Shown piece by piece: positions 31,572 through 40,019 of a DNA stretch of 64,000 nt. Source of the DNA: an uncultured delta proteobacterium (GTDB lineage Bacteria > Desulfobacterota > Binatia > UBA9968); NCBI GenBank assembly GCA_963804165.1, contig CAWDPO010000015.1, forward strand, positions 128,001-192,000, written 5' to 3'. The notes below the pieces were generated by a model that saw only the letters and a program-made list of their open reading frames with translations, searched no databases and was not told the origin of the DNA. Within the stretch, counting starts at the first letter, position 1; each line of letters opens with the position of its first letter. The position numbers and the translations under genes were made by a program.

Positions 31572-33521
31572 CTACTTCGTAGCAGTCATCACCGCGTCAC
31601 CCGATGGCTGGAATCCTTCTTCGCTCGGATTGATAATCGAATACATCACGACCTGATCGCGTTCCTCCTGGTCAAGCTCGCGCAGTTTGACGCGCACCCG
31701 ATCTTTTTCCGAGCTGGGTATATTTTTGCCGACGTAATTGGGGCGCACCGGCACCTCGCGATGGCCGCGGTCAATCAAGACGGCCAAGCGCACCGACTGC
31801 GGCCTGCCGGAGCGAAAAATAATGCTCAGCGCGCTCTTGACGGTTCTACCGGTGAAGATGACGTCATCGACGAGAATGACTTCGCGGTCTTTTAAATTCA
31901 GCGGTCCAGCGTCGGGATCGCCCGGCGGGATCCGTCGCAGTTCTTCGCCGCCGCTATAAATCTCAATCTCGCCGACCTCCGGCTTGCGCCCGCGTTGCTT
32001 CTCGATCTCCGTTGTCAGGCGTTGCGCCAAGTATGAACCGACGCTGCGCACGCCCAATATCAGCAAGCGATCCGGATTGCGGCAGTCGCGCAAAATTTGC
32101 CCGCTCATTTCCACAATGGCATTTTTGATCTCCGGTTCGGCCATCAAGACGCGCTGGGGGCCGCTCTTGAAGGGCTCGTAGCCCAACTCTTCCGCTTCTT
32201 TGATCGAGTCGAAGATGGCGAGCTCGCCATTATTCAACCATTGGTTGAGGTTCGCCGCGATTGCGTTCTCGTAGGAACAGTACCGTTTGGATTTTGTGTT
32301 ACCGACGAATTGCACCTTGGAACGGTGATCGCAATACGCGCAACCGAGAATCAGCGTGCCGGATTCGCCGGCTGTGAAAAGTTCGAAGCGCTTGCCGGTG
32401 GACAGCGGTTCCTTCAATGTGACGCAATTTGGATTGTGACAGTGTGGGCCGATCGCTTCGCGGCTTTTGTAGGGGATCGCGTTGCTTTTCGAGGCAGGCC
32501 GCTTTTCTTCTCTGTGGTCGAATAGAAACTTGAGCAGCGCCATGCGCACCGGTACGCCGTAAGCGGCTTGCTTGAAATAAATACCGCGACGGTCTTGATC
32601 GACTTCGGGCGACAGCTCGTCAACCCGCGGCAGCGGATGCATCACCACAGTGTCCTGAAACCGCTGCTCGCGGAGAAAATCCGCGCCGATCATCGGATAA
32701 TTGCTGTCGTTGGCGCCTTCCTTCATGCGCTCTTTTTGTTTTCGGGTCATATAAAAGGCATCATAGCGCAATCCGGTAGCCATCGTGTTCAGGCGCGCTT
32801 GAATGATTTGGTCGACCTGCGTAAAAAGCGCCAATTGATGCGGCTGTTTGGGCGTCAGATAAAGCGCATCAGTTTCGGTCACTACCGCGCTAAGATCATC
32901 GGCGGCGACCGGCGCAAGACCGTAGCCGTATTCCTGTTCTAAACGTTCGATCACATACTGCGGCAACTCCATCCCGTTCGCCGCCAGGGTCACCACATTG
33001 GCGCCGAATCGCGCGAGCGCGAACACCAGCGAATGGATCGTGCGGCCATTTTTCAAATCACCGCACACGACCACGGTAAGTCCCTTGAGCGCGCCTTTTT
33101 CTTGGCGCAGCGTGTACAGATCGCACAAGGTCTGGGTCGGATGCTCGTGGCCGCCGTCGCCGGCGTTGACCACCGGTACGTCGGCATGCTCCGCCATCGC
33201 CTGCACCGCGCCATCCCAATTGTGGCGCACGACCAATACGTCGGCGTAGCTCGAAACGACCTTGGCGGTATCTGCAACCGTTTCGCCTTTCGCGGTTGAT
33301 GATGCTTTCATATCAGAACAGCTGATCACCGAACCGCCCAACCTTTGCATAGCCGACTCGAACGATAACCGAGTTCGCGTGCTCGGCTCATAGAAAAGCG
33401 TAGCCATGATCTGCCCGCTCGCAGCCTTGGTGGCACGCAGTTGATCCGCGCCATCCGCCAACGAAAAGATCTCTTCGATCTCTTCATTGGTCAGGTCCGC
33501 TATCGAAATCAAGTTACGCAT
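31572..33521 (-). CDS. pyrB: Aspartate carbamoyltransferase fused to a PyrI-like Zn domain and a PyrR-like PRTase domain
   Basis: [24 protein letters not shown]; then CHNPNC...CAYC; then [13 protein letters not shown]...[18 protein letters not shown], all in one frame. Confidence 0.92.
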   Translation of the reverse strand: MRNLISIADLTNEEIEEIFSLADGADQLRATKAASGQIMATLFYEPSTRTRLSFESAMQRLGGSVISCSDMKASSTAKGETVADTAKVVSSYADVLVVRHNWDGAVQAMAEHADVPVVNAGDGGHEHPTQTLCDLYTLRQEKGALKGLTVVVCGDLKNGRTIHSLVFALARFGANVVTLAANGMELPQYVIERLEQEYGYGLAPVAADDLSAVVTETDALYLTPKQPHQLALFTQVDQIIQARLNTMATGLRYDAFYMTRKQKERMKEGANDSNYPMIGADFLREQRFQDTVVMHPLPRVDELSPEVDQDRRGIYFKQAAYGVPVRMALLKFLFDHREEKRPASKSNAIPYKSREAIGPHCHNPNCVTLKEPLSTGKRFELFTAGESGTLILGCAYCDHRSKVQFVGNTKSKRYCSYENAIAANLNQWLNNGELAIFDSIKEAEELGYEPFKSGPQRVLMAEPEIKNAIVEMSGQILRDCRNPDRLLILGVRSVGSYLAQRLTTEIEKQRGRKPEVGEIEIYSGGEELRRIPPGDPDAGPLNLKDREVILVDDVIFTGRTVKSALSIIFRSGRPQSVRLAVLIDRGHREVPVRPNYVGKNIPSSEKDRVRVKLRELDQEERDQVVMYSIINPSEEGFQPSGDAVMTATK

Positions 33522-33538
33522 CACTTCAGATGCCCAGC

Positions 33539-34096
33539 TTAGAGAGCACTTTTTCCTTGCCAATTGGCGAGAGTTACCTGATCGATTCCATCCGACTCCT
33601 CAAGCAATACATTAACCCTTTGGCCGTCACCGGCGCCGACGTTCTTGCCGACGATGTCGGCACGGATCGGCAGCTCGCGGGAACCGCGATCGATCAAGAC
33701 GGCAACGAGAATCCGTTTGGGCTGGCCGAGCCGCTCCACAGCCTCCATGGCCGCCCGAATCGTGCGCCCGCGGAAAATCACGTCATCGACCAGGACGACG
33801 GTTTTGTCGTCTACAGCTGCTTGAATTTCGAAAGCGCCGACGGGCGGCAACCCTTGCCCTTGAGCTCGATCATCCCGGTATGGCGTCACGTCGATGACAG
33901 CGACCGGCGGGGAAAAATTGCTGATCTCGTCGATCCTTCGCGCTAGGCGCCGTGCCAAATGCACGCCCCGTGAGCGAATGCCGATCAGGACCAATTCTCC
34001 GGGCTTCGCGCTTTTCTCGATAATCTCGTGCGCCATCCGGCCGACGGTCCTGCCGAGATCGGCCTGTTCCAGGAGTATTTGTGTTGCGTCGGCCAT
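33539..34096 (-). CDS. pyrR: PyrR pyrimidine operon regulator/UPRTase
   Basis: RMAHEIIE, IGIRSRG, DVTPYRDD, VLVDDVIFRGRT, DRGSRELPIRADIVGKNV. Confidence 0.92.
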   Translation of the reverse strand: MADATQILLEQADLGRTVGRMAHEIIEKSAKPGELVLIGIRSRGVHLARRLARRIDEISNFSPPVAVIDVTPYRDDRAQGQGLPPVGAFEIQAAVDDKTVVLVDDVIFRGRTIRAAMEAVERLGQPKRILVAVLIDRGSRELPIRADIVGKNVGAGDGQRVNVLLEESDGIDQVTLANWQGKSAL

Positions 34097-34130
34097 AAAA
34101 AAACCCTCCCGGGTTACCGAGAGGGTTTTG
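34097..34130 (-). terminator. Attenuator terminator overlapping the pyrR ribosome-binding site
   Basis: Minus strand AAAACCCTCTCGG-TAAC-CCGGGAGGGTTTTTTT directly before ATG. Confidence 0.85.
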
Positions 34131-34168
34131 GAGCAAGCGTAAATTGCTGGATTAATTCTGTCATGGCG

Positions 34169-34201
34169 CCTTTTCCGACCTCGCAGGATCGAATTAAAAG
34201 G
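34169..34201 (-). promoter_or_regulatory. PyrR-binding RNA loop in the pyr leader
   Basis: Minus strand CCTTTTAATTCGATCCTGCGAGGTCGGAAAAGG contains the UUUAA element and CCNGNGAGG loop; a TTGACT-N17-TACTAA promoter candidate lies at 34213-34241. Confidence 0.85.
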
Positions 34202-34252
34202 TTGCTATGCAATTAGTAGCGCGCACGTATGTTAAAGTCAATAAAGTTGATG

Positions 34253-34726
34253 TCAAATCTTCAGCTCGATAATTTTTACCCGCACCTTTTGTCCGTGTAT
34301 GGTCAGCTGGCTCACCGCCACCGGCAACTTGAAGCGGCGCGGTCCCGCGCTCCCTGGATTAACAAAAATAATACCATCGCGAGAAGCCACGCCGGGCTTG
34401 TGCGAGTGACCGCTGATCACGGTGTGAAAGCCTTTCGCCCCAGGATCAATATCCAGATCGTTGACGTTGTGGATGATGTATAAGCGAGCGCCGTTTATTC
34501 GCAGATTTAAAATGTCCGGTATTTTTTTTGCCCACGCCTCCCGGTCATTGTTACCTCGAATCGCGAGCACCGGCGCGATCGAGCCAAGCAAGGTAAGGAC
34601 TTCGGGCTTGCCGATGTCGCCGGCGTGGATGATTAATTCCGAATCCTTCAGTGCCGCCAGCGCCTCGGGACGAAGCAAGCCGTGGGTGTCGGAAATCACG
34701 CCGATTCGACCTGATTTCAACGTCAT
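34253..34726 (-). CDS. YfcE-like metallophosphoesterase
   Basis: ISDTHG, HAGD, RGNND, GHSH, NPGSAGP; start trimmed to MTLKSG. Confidence 0.9.
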   Translation of the reverse strand: MTLKSGRIGVISDTHGLLRPEALAALKDSELIIHAGDIGKPEVLTLLGSIAPVLAIRGNNDREAWAKKIPDILNLRINGARLYIIHNVNDLDIDPGAKGFHTVISGHSHKPGVASRDGIIFVNPGSAGPRRFKLPVAVSQLTIHGQKVRVKIIELKI

Positions 34727-34817
34727 ATGCTTTTGTCGCGTGGTGAACATCGTTTTTGATTTAGCTTGATTCGCGCCGCCGCGCAATTCTATAGTGACAG
34801 TCGCGGATGGAGGTCCT

Positions 34818-35321
34818 ATGTTTCCACACTTAAAAGGGTTCAATCTCAAAAAATGGATCGATGAAAACCGCGGCGACTGGGGCCAGCGCCGGGTCATTTG
34901 GCAGGACTCGGACTTCATCGCGTTTGTCACCCGCGGCCCCAACCGGCGCAAGGATTTTCATATTAATCCGGGCGACGAGATCTTCTATCAGCTCGAAGGC
35001 GACCTTAATCTTCACTATATCAAAGACAACAAGCGCGAGTTGGCGACGCTCCAAGCCGGCGATATTTTTCTGCTGCCCAAGAACACGCCGCATTCGCCGC
35101 GGCGCGCCGATGGATCGTGGACTTACGTCGTGGAACGCCAGCGCGGCAAAGAGGAAATCGACAGGTTTATCTGGCCCTGCGAAAAATGCGGCAATAATCT
35201 TTATGAGACTGAAGTTCGTTTCGACGATCCTGGCGACGCAGTCAGCCGCGCCACAAACTCGCTCAAGTCAAATCCCGCGTTGGTCACATGCAAGCAGTGC
35301 GGCGAAGTCTTGGATGTTTAG
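34818..35321 (+). CDS. nbaC: 3-hydroxyanthranilate 3,4-dioxygenase-like cupin
   Basis: GPNRRKDFH...EIFYQLEG, PHSP, VVER, rubredoxin-like CEKC/CKQC; GGAGG RBS. Confidence 0.82.
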   Translation: MFPHLKGFNLKKWIDENRGDWGQRRVIWQDSDFIAFVTRGPNRRKDFHINPGDEIFYQLEGDLNLHYIKDNKRELATLQAGDIFLLPKNTPHSPRRADGSWTYVVERQRGKEEIDRFIWPCEKCGNNLYETEVRFDDPGDAVSRATNSLKSNPALVTCKQCGEVLDV

Positions 35322-35396
35322 CTTCGATAGTCGCTATTGAGTCGCCATGTCGAAAGCTCAAGTGATTCTTCCGAATAGTTAAAGCTGTAGATGAAG

Positions 35397-37691
35397 CTAG
35401 GATTTGGCCTGCATGGCTCGCCAGACCTTCGGCGGCGTGAGGGGCAGCTCTTGAATGCGCACGCCAACGGCGCGCGATACTGCGTTGGCAACCGCGGAAG
35501 CAACGGGCAGCAAACCGCCTTCGCCGATACCCTTCGAGCCGAACGGACCGGGGCCGTTGCCATTCTCAATTAAGATTGTGTCGAGCGTGTCTGGGACATC
35601 GGTGAATCTCGGCACGCTATAGTCGACAAGATTACCGTTCAGCAGTTGGCCATCTTCGTAGATCATTTCTTCCATCAGCGTGTGGCCGATGCCGAACATC
35701 ACCGCGCCCTCGTCCTGGCCGATACACTGCTCGGGATTAATCGCTTTGCCGGTATCGCAGGCGGAAACATATTTGAGCAGATGAATTACGCCCGTGTCAG
35801 GGTCGACCTCGATTTCGACGCCGCCCCAACCGACTTCCCAGAAGGTCGTGGTCGAACCTAGGACCGCCTTGGCACTACGCTTGTCTTTATAGAGACCTTT
35901 GCCGATAATTTCTCCGGCCTTGCTGCCAAAGAAATCGACGATCACTTTACTGAATGAAATTGTCGGACGTTCACCGACGACGACATGACCGTTATGCAAT
36001 CTCATGTTGCCGACCTTCTGCTTGAGTACCGTTGCGGCGCATTGCAGCAGTTGTTTTTTGGCGTCCTGTGCCGCGCGCATAACCGCCGTACCCATCACCA
36101 CCATCGAGCTGCTGGCGCTGGTGGAAATATCGTAGGGTGTCACGTCGGTGTCGAGCTGCGCCACACCGATCTGATCCATGGGCACGGAAAGTTCTTCGGA
36201 CACGACTTGGCTCAGAGCAGTACGCGGCCCTTGTCCCATTTCAACCGTGCCCGTAAGTAGCATGACACTGCCGTCCGATGACATTTTCACCGTGGCGCCA
36301 GCGACTTTGTAGGTGCCGCCGGCATCTTTGATGCAGCAGCTGAGGCCTTTGGCGCGATTGGGCTTCGTGCTTTTTTCTTGCCAGTTGATCGCGTCGGCAA
36401 CTTTCATCAGTCCCTCTTTGAGATCGCAATCAACAGGCGTATCGCCGACCGTGTAGACGTCGCCTTTCTTGAGCAGATTTTTGATGCGAAATTCCAAGGG
36501 ATCGAGACCGAGCCGCTCGGCGATCATATCCATCTGCGATTCATACGCCCAAGTGACTTGCAGCGCGCCGAAGCCGCGAAACGCCCCGGCGGGCACAGTG
36601 TTGGTATAAACGCCGTAGGCTTCGACGTTGGCGTACGGAATTTTATACGGACCCAAAGAACGATAGGCAGCTTTTTGAGTTACCCGAGGGCCGGCGTCCG
36701 CGTAGGCACCGGTATCCATGCAGACCTGGCAATCACGTGCGATCAGTTTGCCATCTTTGGTTACGCCGGTTTTCACCGTGACCCGCGCCGGATGGCGCGT
36801 GACCGTCTTGAAGCTTTCATTGACCGAGAACTGAAGCTTTACCGGCCGCCGGGTCATCCAAGAGAGCGCCGCCGATATCGGCTCAGCCTTGACGTAGAGT
36901 TTGCCGCCGTAGCCGCCGCCGACGTACGGCACGATGACGCGAATGCGACTGAGCGGCAGCCGAAAGATCCCCGAGAGATGGTCGCGCAAGGTAAACGGAT
37001 CCTGGCAAGATGCCCACACCGTCAGTTTCTCGCCGTCGTAATAGGCGACGTTATTGTGCGCTTCGAGAGAATAATGCTGCACTTTTTGAAAACGGAAAGT
37101 GTCTTCGAAAATATGCTCCGCCTTGGCAAAACCCTTCGCAACTTCTTTGCGGCCGAAAGTTAAATAATAGCAGACGTTGGTGCCGTTGAATCTTTCCGGC
37201 GCGCCGTAAACCGAGCCGCGCAACTCGGCGCGGGCAACTCCAGCTTCGTGCACCAGAGCAGCGCCCGGCGCCGTGGCGTCTTCGATATTCGTGACTTTCG
37301 AAAGTTCTTCGTACTCGACTTCGATCAGCTCCAGCGCCTGCTCCGCCGTCGCCGGATCGTCGGCCAACACCGCCGCCACGGGGTCGCCGACGTAGCGGAC
37401 TTTGTCGACGGCAACGATCGATTGATCTTTGTAGGTTGCGCCGTATTTGTAATTGAATCCCTGAATATCATCGCGCGTCAGGGTCGCGATGACCCCAGGA
37501 AACTCCTTGGCCTTCGATGCGTCGACTCTGGCCAGCTTTGCATGCGCGACCGGGCTTCTGAGTATGCGCGCGTGTGCCATGCCCGGAAGTTGGATATCGC
37601 TCGTATAGATCGCTTTACCGGTGACTTTCTCAACACCATCGACTCTGTGCGCGCTCGTACCGACGACAGAATAAGCTTGTTTCGTTTTCAT
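35397..37691 (-). CDS. Xanthine dehydrogenase-family molybdopterin-binding subunit
   Basis: RVDGVEKVTG, GGGYGGK, AFRGFG, EMGQG, SKGIGE, LPLTP. Confidence 0.92.
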   Translation of the reverse strand: MKTKQAYSVVGTSAHRVDGVEKVTGKAIYTSDIQLPGMAHARILRSPVAHAKLARVDASKAKEFPGVIATLTRDDIQGFNYKYGATYKDQSIVAVDKVRYVGDPVAAVLADDPATAEQALELIEVEYEELSKVTNIEDATAPGAALVHEAGVARAELRGSVYGAPERFNGTNVCYYLTFGRKEVAKGFAKAEHIFEDTFRFQKVQHYSLEAHNNVAYYDGEKLTVWASCQDPFTLRDHLSGIFRLPLSRIRVIVPYVGGGYGGKLYVKAEPISAALSWMTRRPVKLQFSVNESFKTVTRHPARVTVKTGVTKDGKLIARDCQVCMDTGAYADAGPRVTQKAAYRSLGPYKIPYANVEAYGVYTNTVPAGAFRGFGALQVTWAYESQMDMIAERLGLDPLEFRIKNLLKKGDVYTVGDTPVDCDLKEGLMKVADAINWQEKSTKPNRAKGLSCCIKDAGGTYKVAGATVKMSSDGSVMLLTGTVEMGQGPRTALSQVVSEELSVPMDQIGVAQLDTDVTPYDISTSASSSMVVMGTAVMRAAQDAKKQLLQCAATVLKQKVGNMRLHNGHVVVGERPTISFSKVIVDFFGSKAGEIIGKGLYKDKRSAKAVLGSTTTFWEVGWGGVEIEVDPDTGVIHLLKYVSACDTGKAINPEQCIGQDEGAVMFGIGHTLMEEMIYEDGQLLNGNLVDYSVPRFTDVPDTLDTILIENGNGPGPFGSKGIGEGGLLPVASAVANAVSRAVGVRIQELPLTPPKVWRAMQAKS

Positions 37692-37701
37692 GATCGAACT
37701 G

Positions 37702-37741
37702 AGAAAAAGAAGAGGGCCACGGCGACCTTTCACCGTGGCCC
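37702..37741 (-). terminator. Rho-independent terminator after ubiD and the zinc-ribbon gene
   Basis: Minus strand GGGCCACGGTGA-AAGG-TCGCCGTGGCCC followed by TCTTCTTTTTCT. Confidence 0.75.
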
Positions 37742-37751
37742 ATGCCTAAAG

Positions 37752-37898
37752 CTACTTGCGGATTTTCGGGCTGTCTTTTTCCGGAAAGTATAGATCGCAA
37801 AACGGGCAATGAAAGTTCATTCCCGATCCCAGCATATGGGGATTCACGACGAAGATTTTCTTACAGTTTGGACATGTAATTTCGACCGCCTGACCCAT
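37752..37898 (-). CDS. 48-aa zinc-ribbon protein (not in ORF track)
   Basis: MGQAVEITCPNCKKIFVVNPHMLGSGMNFHCPFCDLYFPEKDSPKIRK; GAGGAGG RBS; two CxxC motifs. Confidence 0.85.
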   Translation of the reverse strand: MGQAVEITCPNCKKIFVVNPHMLGSGMNFHCPFCDLYFPEKDSPKIRK

Positions 37899-37941
37899 GA
37901 TTCCTCCTCAATAATGTATATCGACTCGATGCCGCAACCGC

Positions 37942-39387
37942 CTATGCCCAATAGGTCGTCCGGTCCATCGGAATATGTTGCAACACTTCGCCCGGCACGT
38001 ACTCTTCCAGTTTAATGCGCGCCATCGCTTCATCCGGGCACTTGGACACCGGCGAGAACGGCCGATCCAACGGCTTGGTCGCGTCGACTATCATGCCCGA
38101 TGTTTTGATCTCGTCGACCAAAGACGGATCCAAAAAGTTGCCGCGGAAAAGCGGCTGCAGGATCGACACCTGGCGGTGCGGCTGGACCCGCGTCGCAAAT
38201 GCCCAAAGAATATCGGTCGGATTGAACACATCGATATCGTCGTCGAACACGAAGACATTTTTTGTATGATCGAAGGTCAGCGCAGCAGCGGCGGCGCGCC
38301 CGGGATCGCCTTCGGACATTTTTTTCATAGAGATAAAAACATTGTAGTGCGCGTGGCGTCCTTGCTTACAAACTGCCGTCACACCCGGCACTGCCTCGCG
38401 GCAGCGGCGCAGATAGGCGCCTTCGCGCGGCAGATCCATCCACGGCTTGTCGCCTTCCGGCGTAATGACCGATTGATACATCGCGCCATTGCGATAATTA
38501 ATGGCCTTCACTTCGTAATGAACGCAAGTCGTGTACCGTTGCGGTCCGAGATATCCGGGCGCTTCGCCGAACGGTCCTTCGACAACCCGGCCGCCCGGTT
38601 TCAGCACTCCCTCGATTACAAGTTCAGCGTCGGCCGGGATCAGCAGGTCATCGCCAAAAGTTTCCGACGCCACCAGCCGCAACGGTTCACCGAGATAGCC
38701 GCCGATAACATCGTATTCACTGACTTCGAACGGCCCGCTGTAACAGGCGCCCATGTGAAACGCCGGATGGTGGCCCAGTACGGTGGCGACCGGCATCTCC
38801 ATGTTGTTCTCTTCGTAATCTTTGAAGATCTTCCACAGGTGACGCGGTGAAGCGTAAAGAGCCGTCGAATTTTTCGATTTGACCTCCATACGATGATACG
38901 ACAGATTGTAGATCCCCGATTTGCGGTCTTTCGTAATCGTCGACAAGACGATATACGGTCCGCCGTCCATCTCGTGATGGCGCATGATCGGGATCTGGTA
39001 AAGGTCGACGTCTTTGCCGACCATGGTATTTTCTTTTATCGGCGCGTCTTTCTTGCCGACGATCGTCGGCGGCACGCGATGCTCTTCCATTTCTAGACAT
39101 TTTTCCGCCATTTGTGGCCGCGTCGCGGTACGCGGCATGCCCAAGGCGATCTGGGTTTTCCCCTGGGAGATTTCGCAGTTCATGGTCAGCTTGATAGGGC
39201 CGACTTTGCCGTTTAAGTTAAGCGGATTGTCAAAAATAATGACAGGAAACTTCTTTTGCGCCCCGAGATGTTTAATGATCGCGGTCACATCGTAATTCGC
39301 CGGGTTGACTTGTTTGGTGATGTGAATCACTTCGCCCGGCAGCTCGCGCTGGCAGTCTGCAATGAAAGTTCTGAGATCCTTAGCCAT
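37942..39387 (-). CDS. UbiD-family (prFMN-dependent) decarboxylase
   Basis: DLRTFI, DGGPY, YHRM, EGPFGE, DDDIDVFN...WAFATRVQP, LDPS, DATKP; AGGAGG RBS. Confidence 0.93.
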   Translation of the reverse strand: MAKDLRTFIADCQRELPGEVIHITKQVNPANYDVTAIIKHLGAQKKFPVIIFDNPLNLNGKVGPIKLTMNCEISQGKTQIALGMPRTATRPQMAEKCLEMEEHRVPPTIVGKKDAPIKENTMVGKDVDLYQIPIMRHHEMDGGPYIVLSTITKDRKSGIYNLSYHRMEVKSKNSTALYASPRHLWKIFKDYEENNMEMPVATVLGHHPAFHMGACYSGPFEVSEYDVIGGYLGEPLRLVASETFGDDLLIPADAELVIEGVLKPGGRVVEGPFGEAPGYLGPQRYTTCVHYEVKAINYRNGAMYQSVITPEGDKPWMDLPREGAYLRRCREAVPGVTAVCKQGRHAHYNVFISMKKMSEGDPGRAAAAALTFDHTKNVFVFDDDIDVFNPTDILWAFATRVQPHRQVSILQPLFRGNFLDPSLVDEIKTSGMIVDATKPLDRPFSPVSKCPDEAMARIKLEEYVPGEVLQHIPMDRTTYWA

Positions 39388-39488
39388 GTCGGCCTCCTAC
39401 TAATGTTATGAAAAAGTTTATGCAAAAAGATTTATCCAATGCTCCCAAGATTGTCAATCGAACTTCCGTGCGCGGTGAGTTCTTTTGG

Positions 39489-40019
39489 CTATTGGCAGCC
39501 GTTGCGCAGAAGATATTGCGGGTTGGCGGGATTCCAAATCATGCCCGGATCGCTTGAGTTCGATTTCAGTTCCTGTTTGAGATTGCTCACGATTTGCCAA
39601 CTGAGATCGTCCCACTGGTTATCGCGTGGAGGAAATCTCGTGAGGGCCTGTTGGCCCAGCAGGAACAGGAGGAAGCGAGCCCCGTTCACCGCCTGAGCCC
39701 GCGCCATGGAGCCGTCGGGTTTCCGCTCCAACGCGACGATCATGTGCACCAGCGCGTGAGTGTCCTGCGGCGAGACCGACAGCGAGCAATAAACCTGTTT
39801 GACCGTCTCGAACGTCACCCGAAAGCTCGGCGAGATGATCGCGTGCCCTGTCCAGGTCCACTGCATTTCGCGCGCAAGCGCTTTGCAAATCTCCTGCTCG
39901 CGCGGCGCCGTCCAACGATCACAAGACAGATTCCGAGTGTACAGCGAATCTGCCGCCACAGCTGATGAATTTGCCAGCGCGAAAAACAAGCAGAAAAGCG
40001 CCAAAGCGAGTTTCTTCAT
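39489..40019 (-). CDS. Secreted hypothetical protein
   Basis: Signal peptide MKKLALALFCLFFALA, four Cys in mature part, ATGA overlap with purU stop. Confidence 0.7.
   Translation of the reverse strand: MKKLALALFCLFFALANSSAVAADSLYTRNLSCDRWTAPREQEICKALAREMQWTWTGHAIISPSFRVTFETVKQVYCSLSVSPQDTHALVHMIVALERKPDGSMARAQAVNGARFLLFLLGQQALTRFPPRDNQWDDLSWQIVSNLKQELKSNSSDPGMIWNPANPQYLLRNGCQ

Noticed and set aside
34727-34951. N-terminal extension of the phosphoesterase ORF
   Set aside because: Overlaps the divergent dioxygenase gene; the family starts near MTLKSG
37975-38850. 291-aa plus-strand ORF
   Set aside because: Antisense to ubiD
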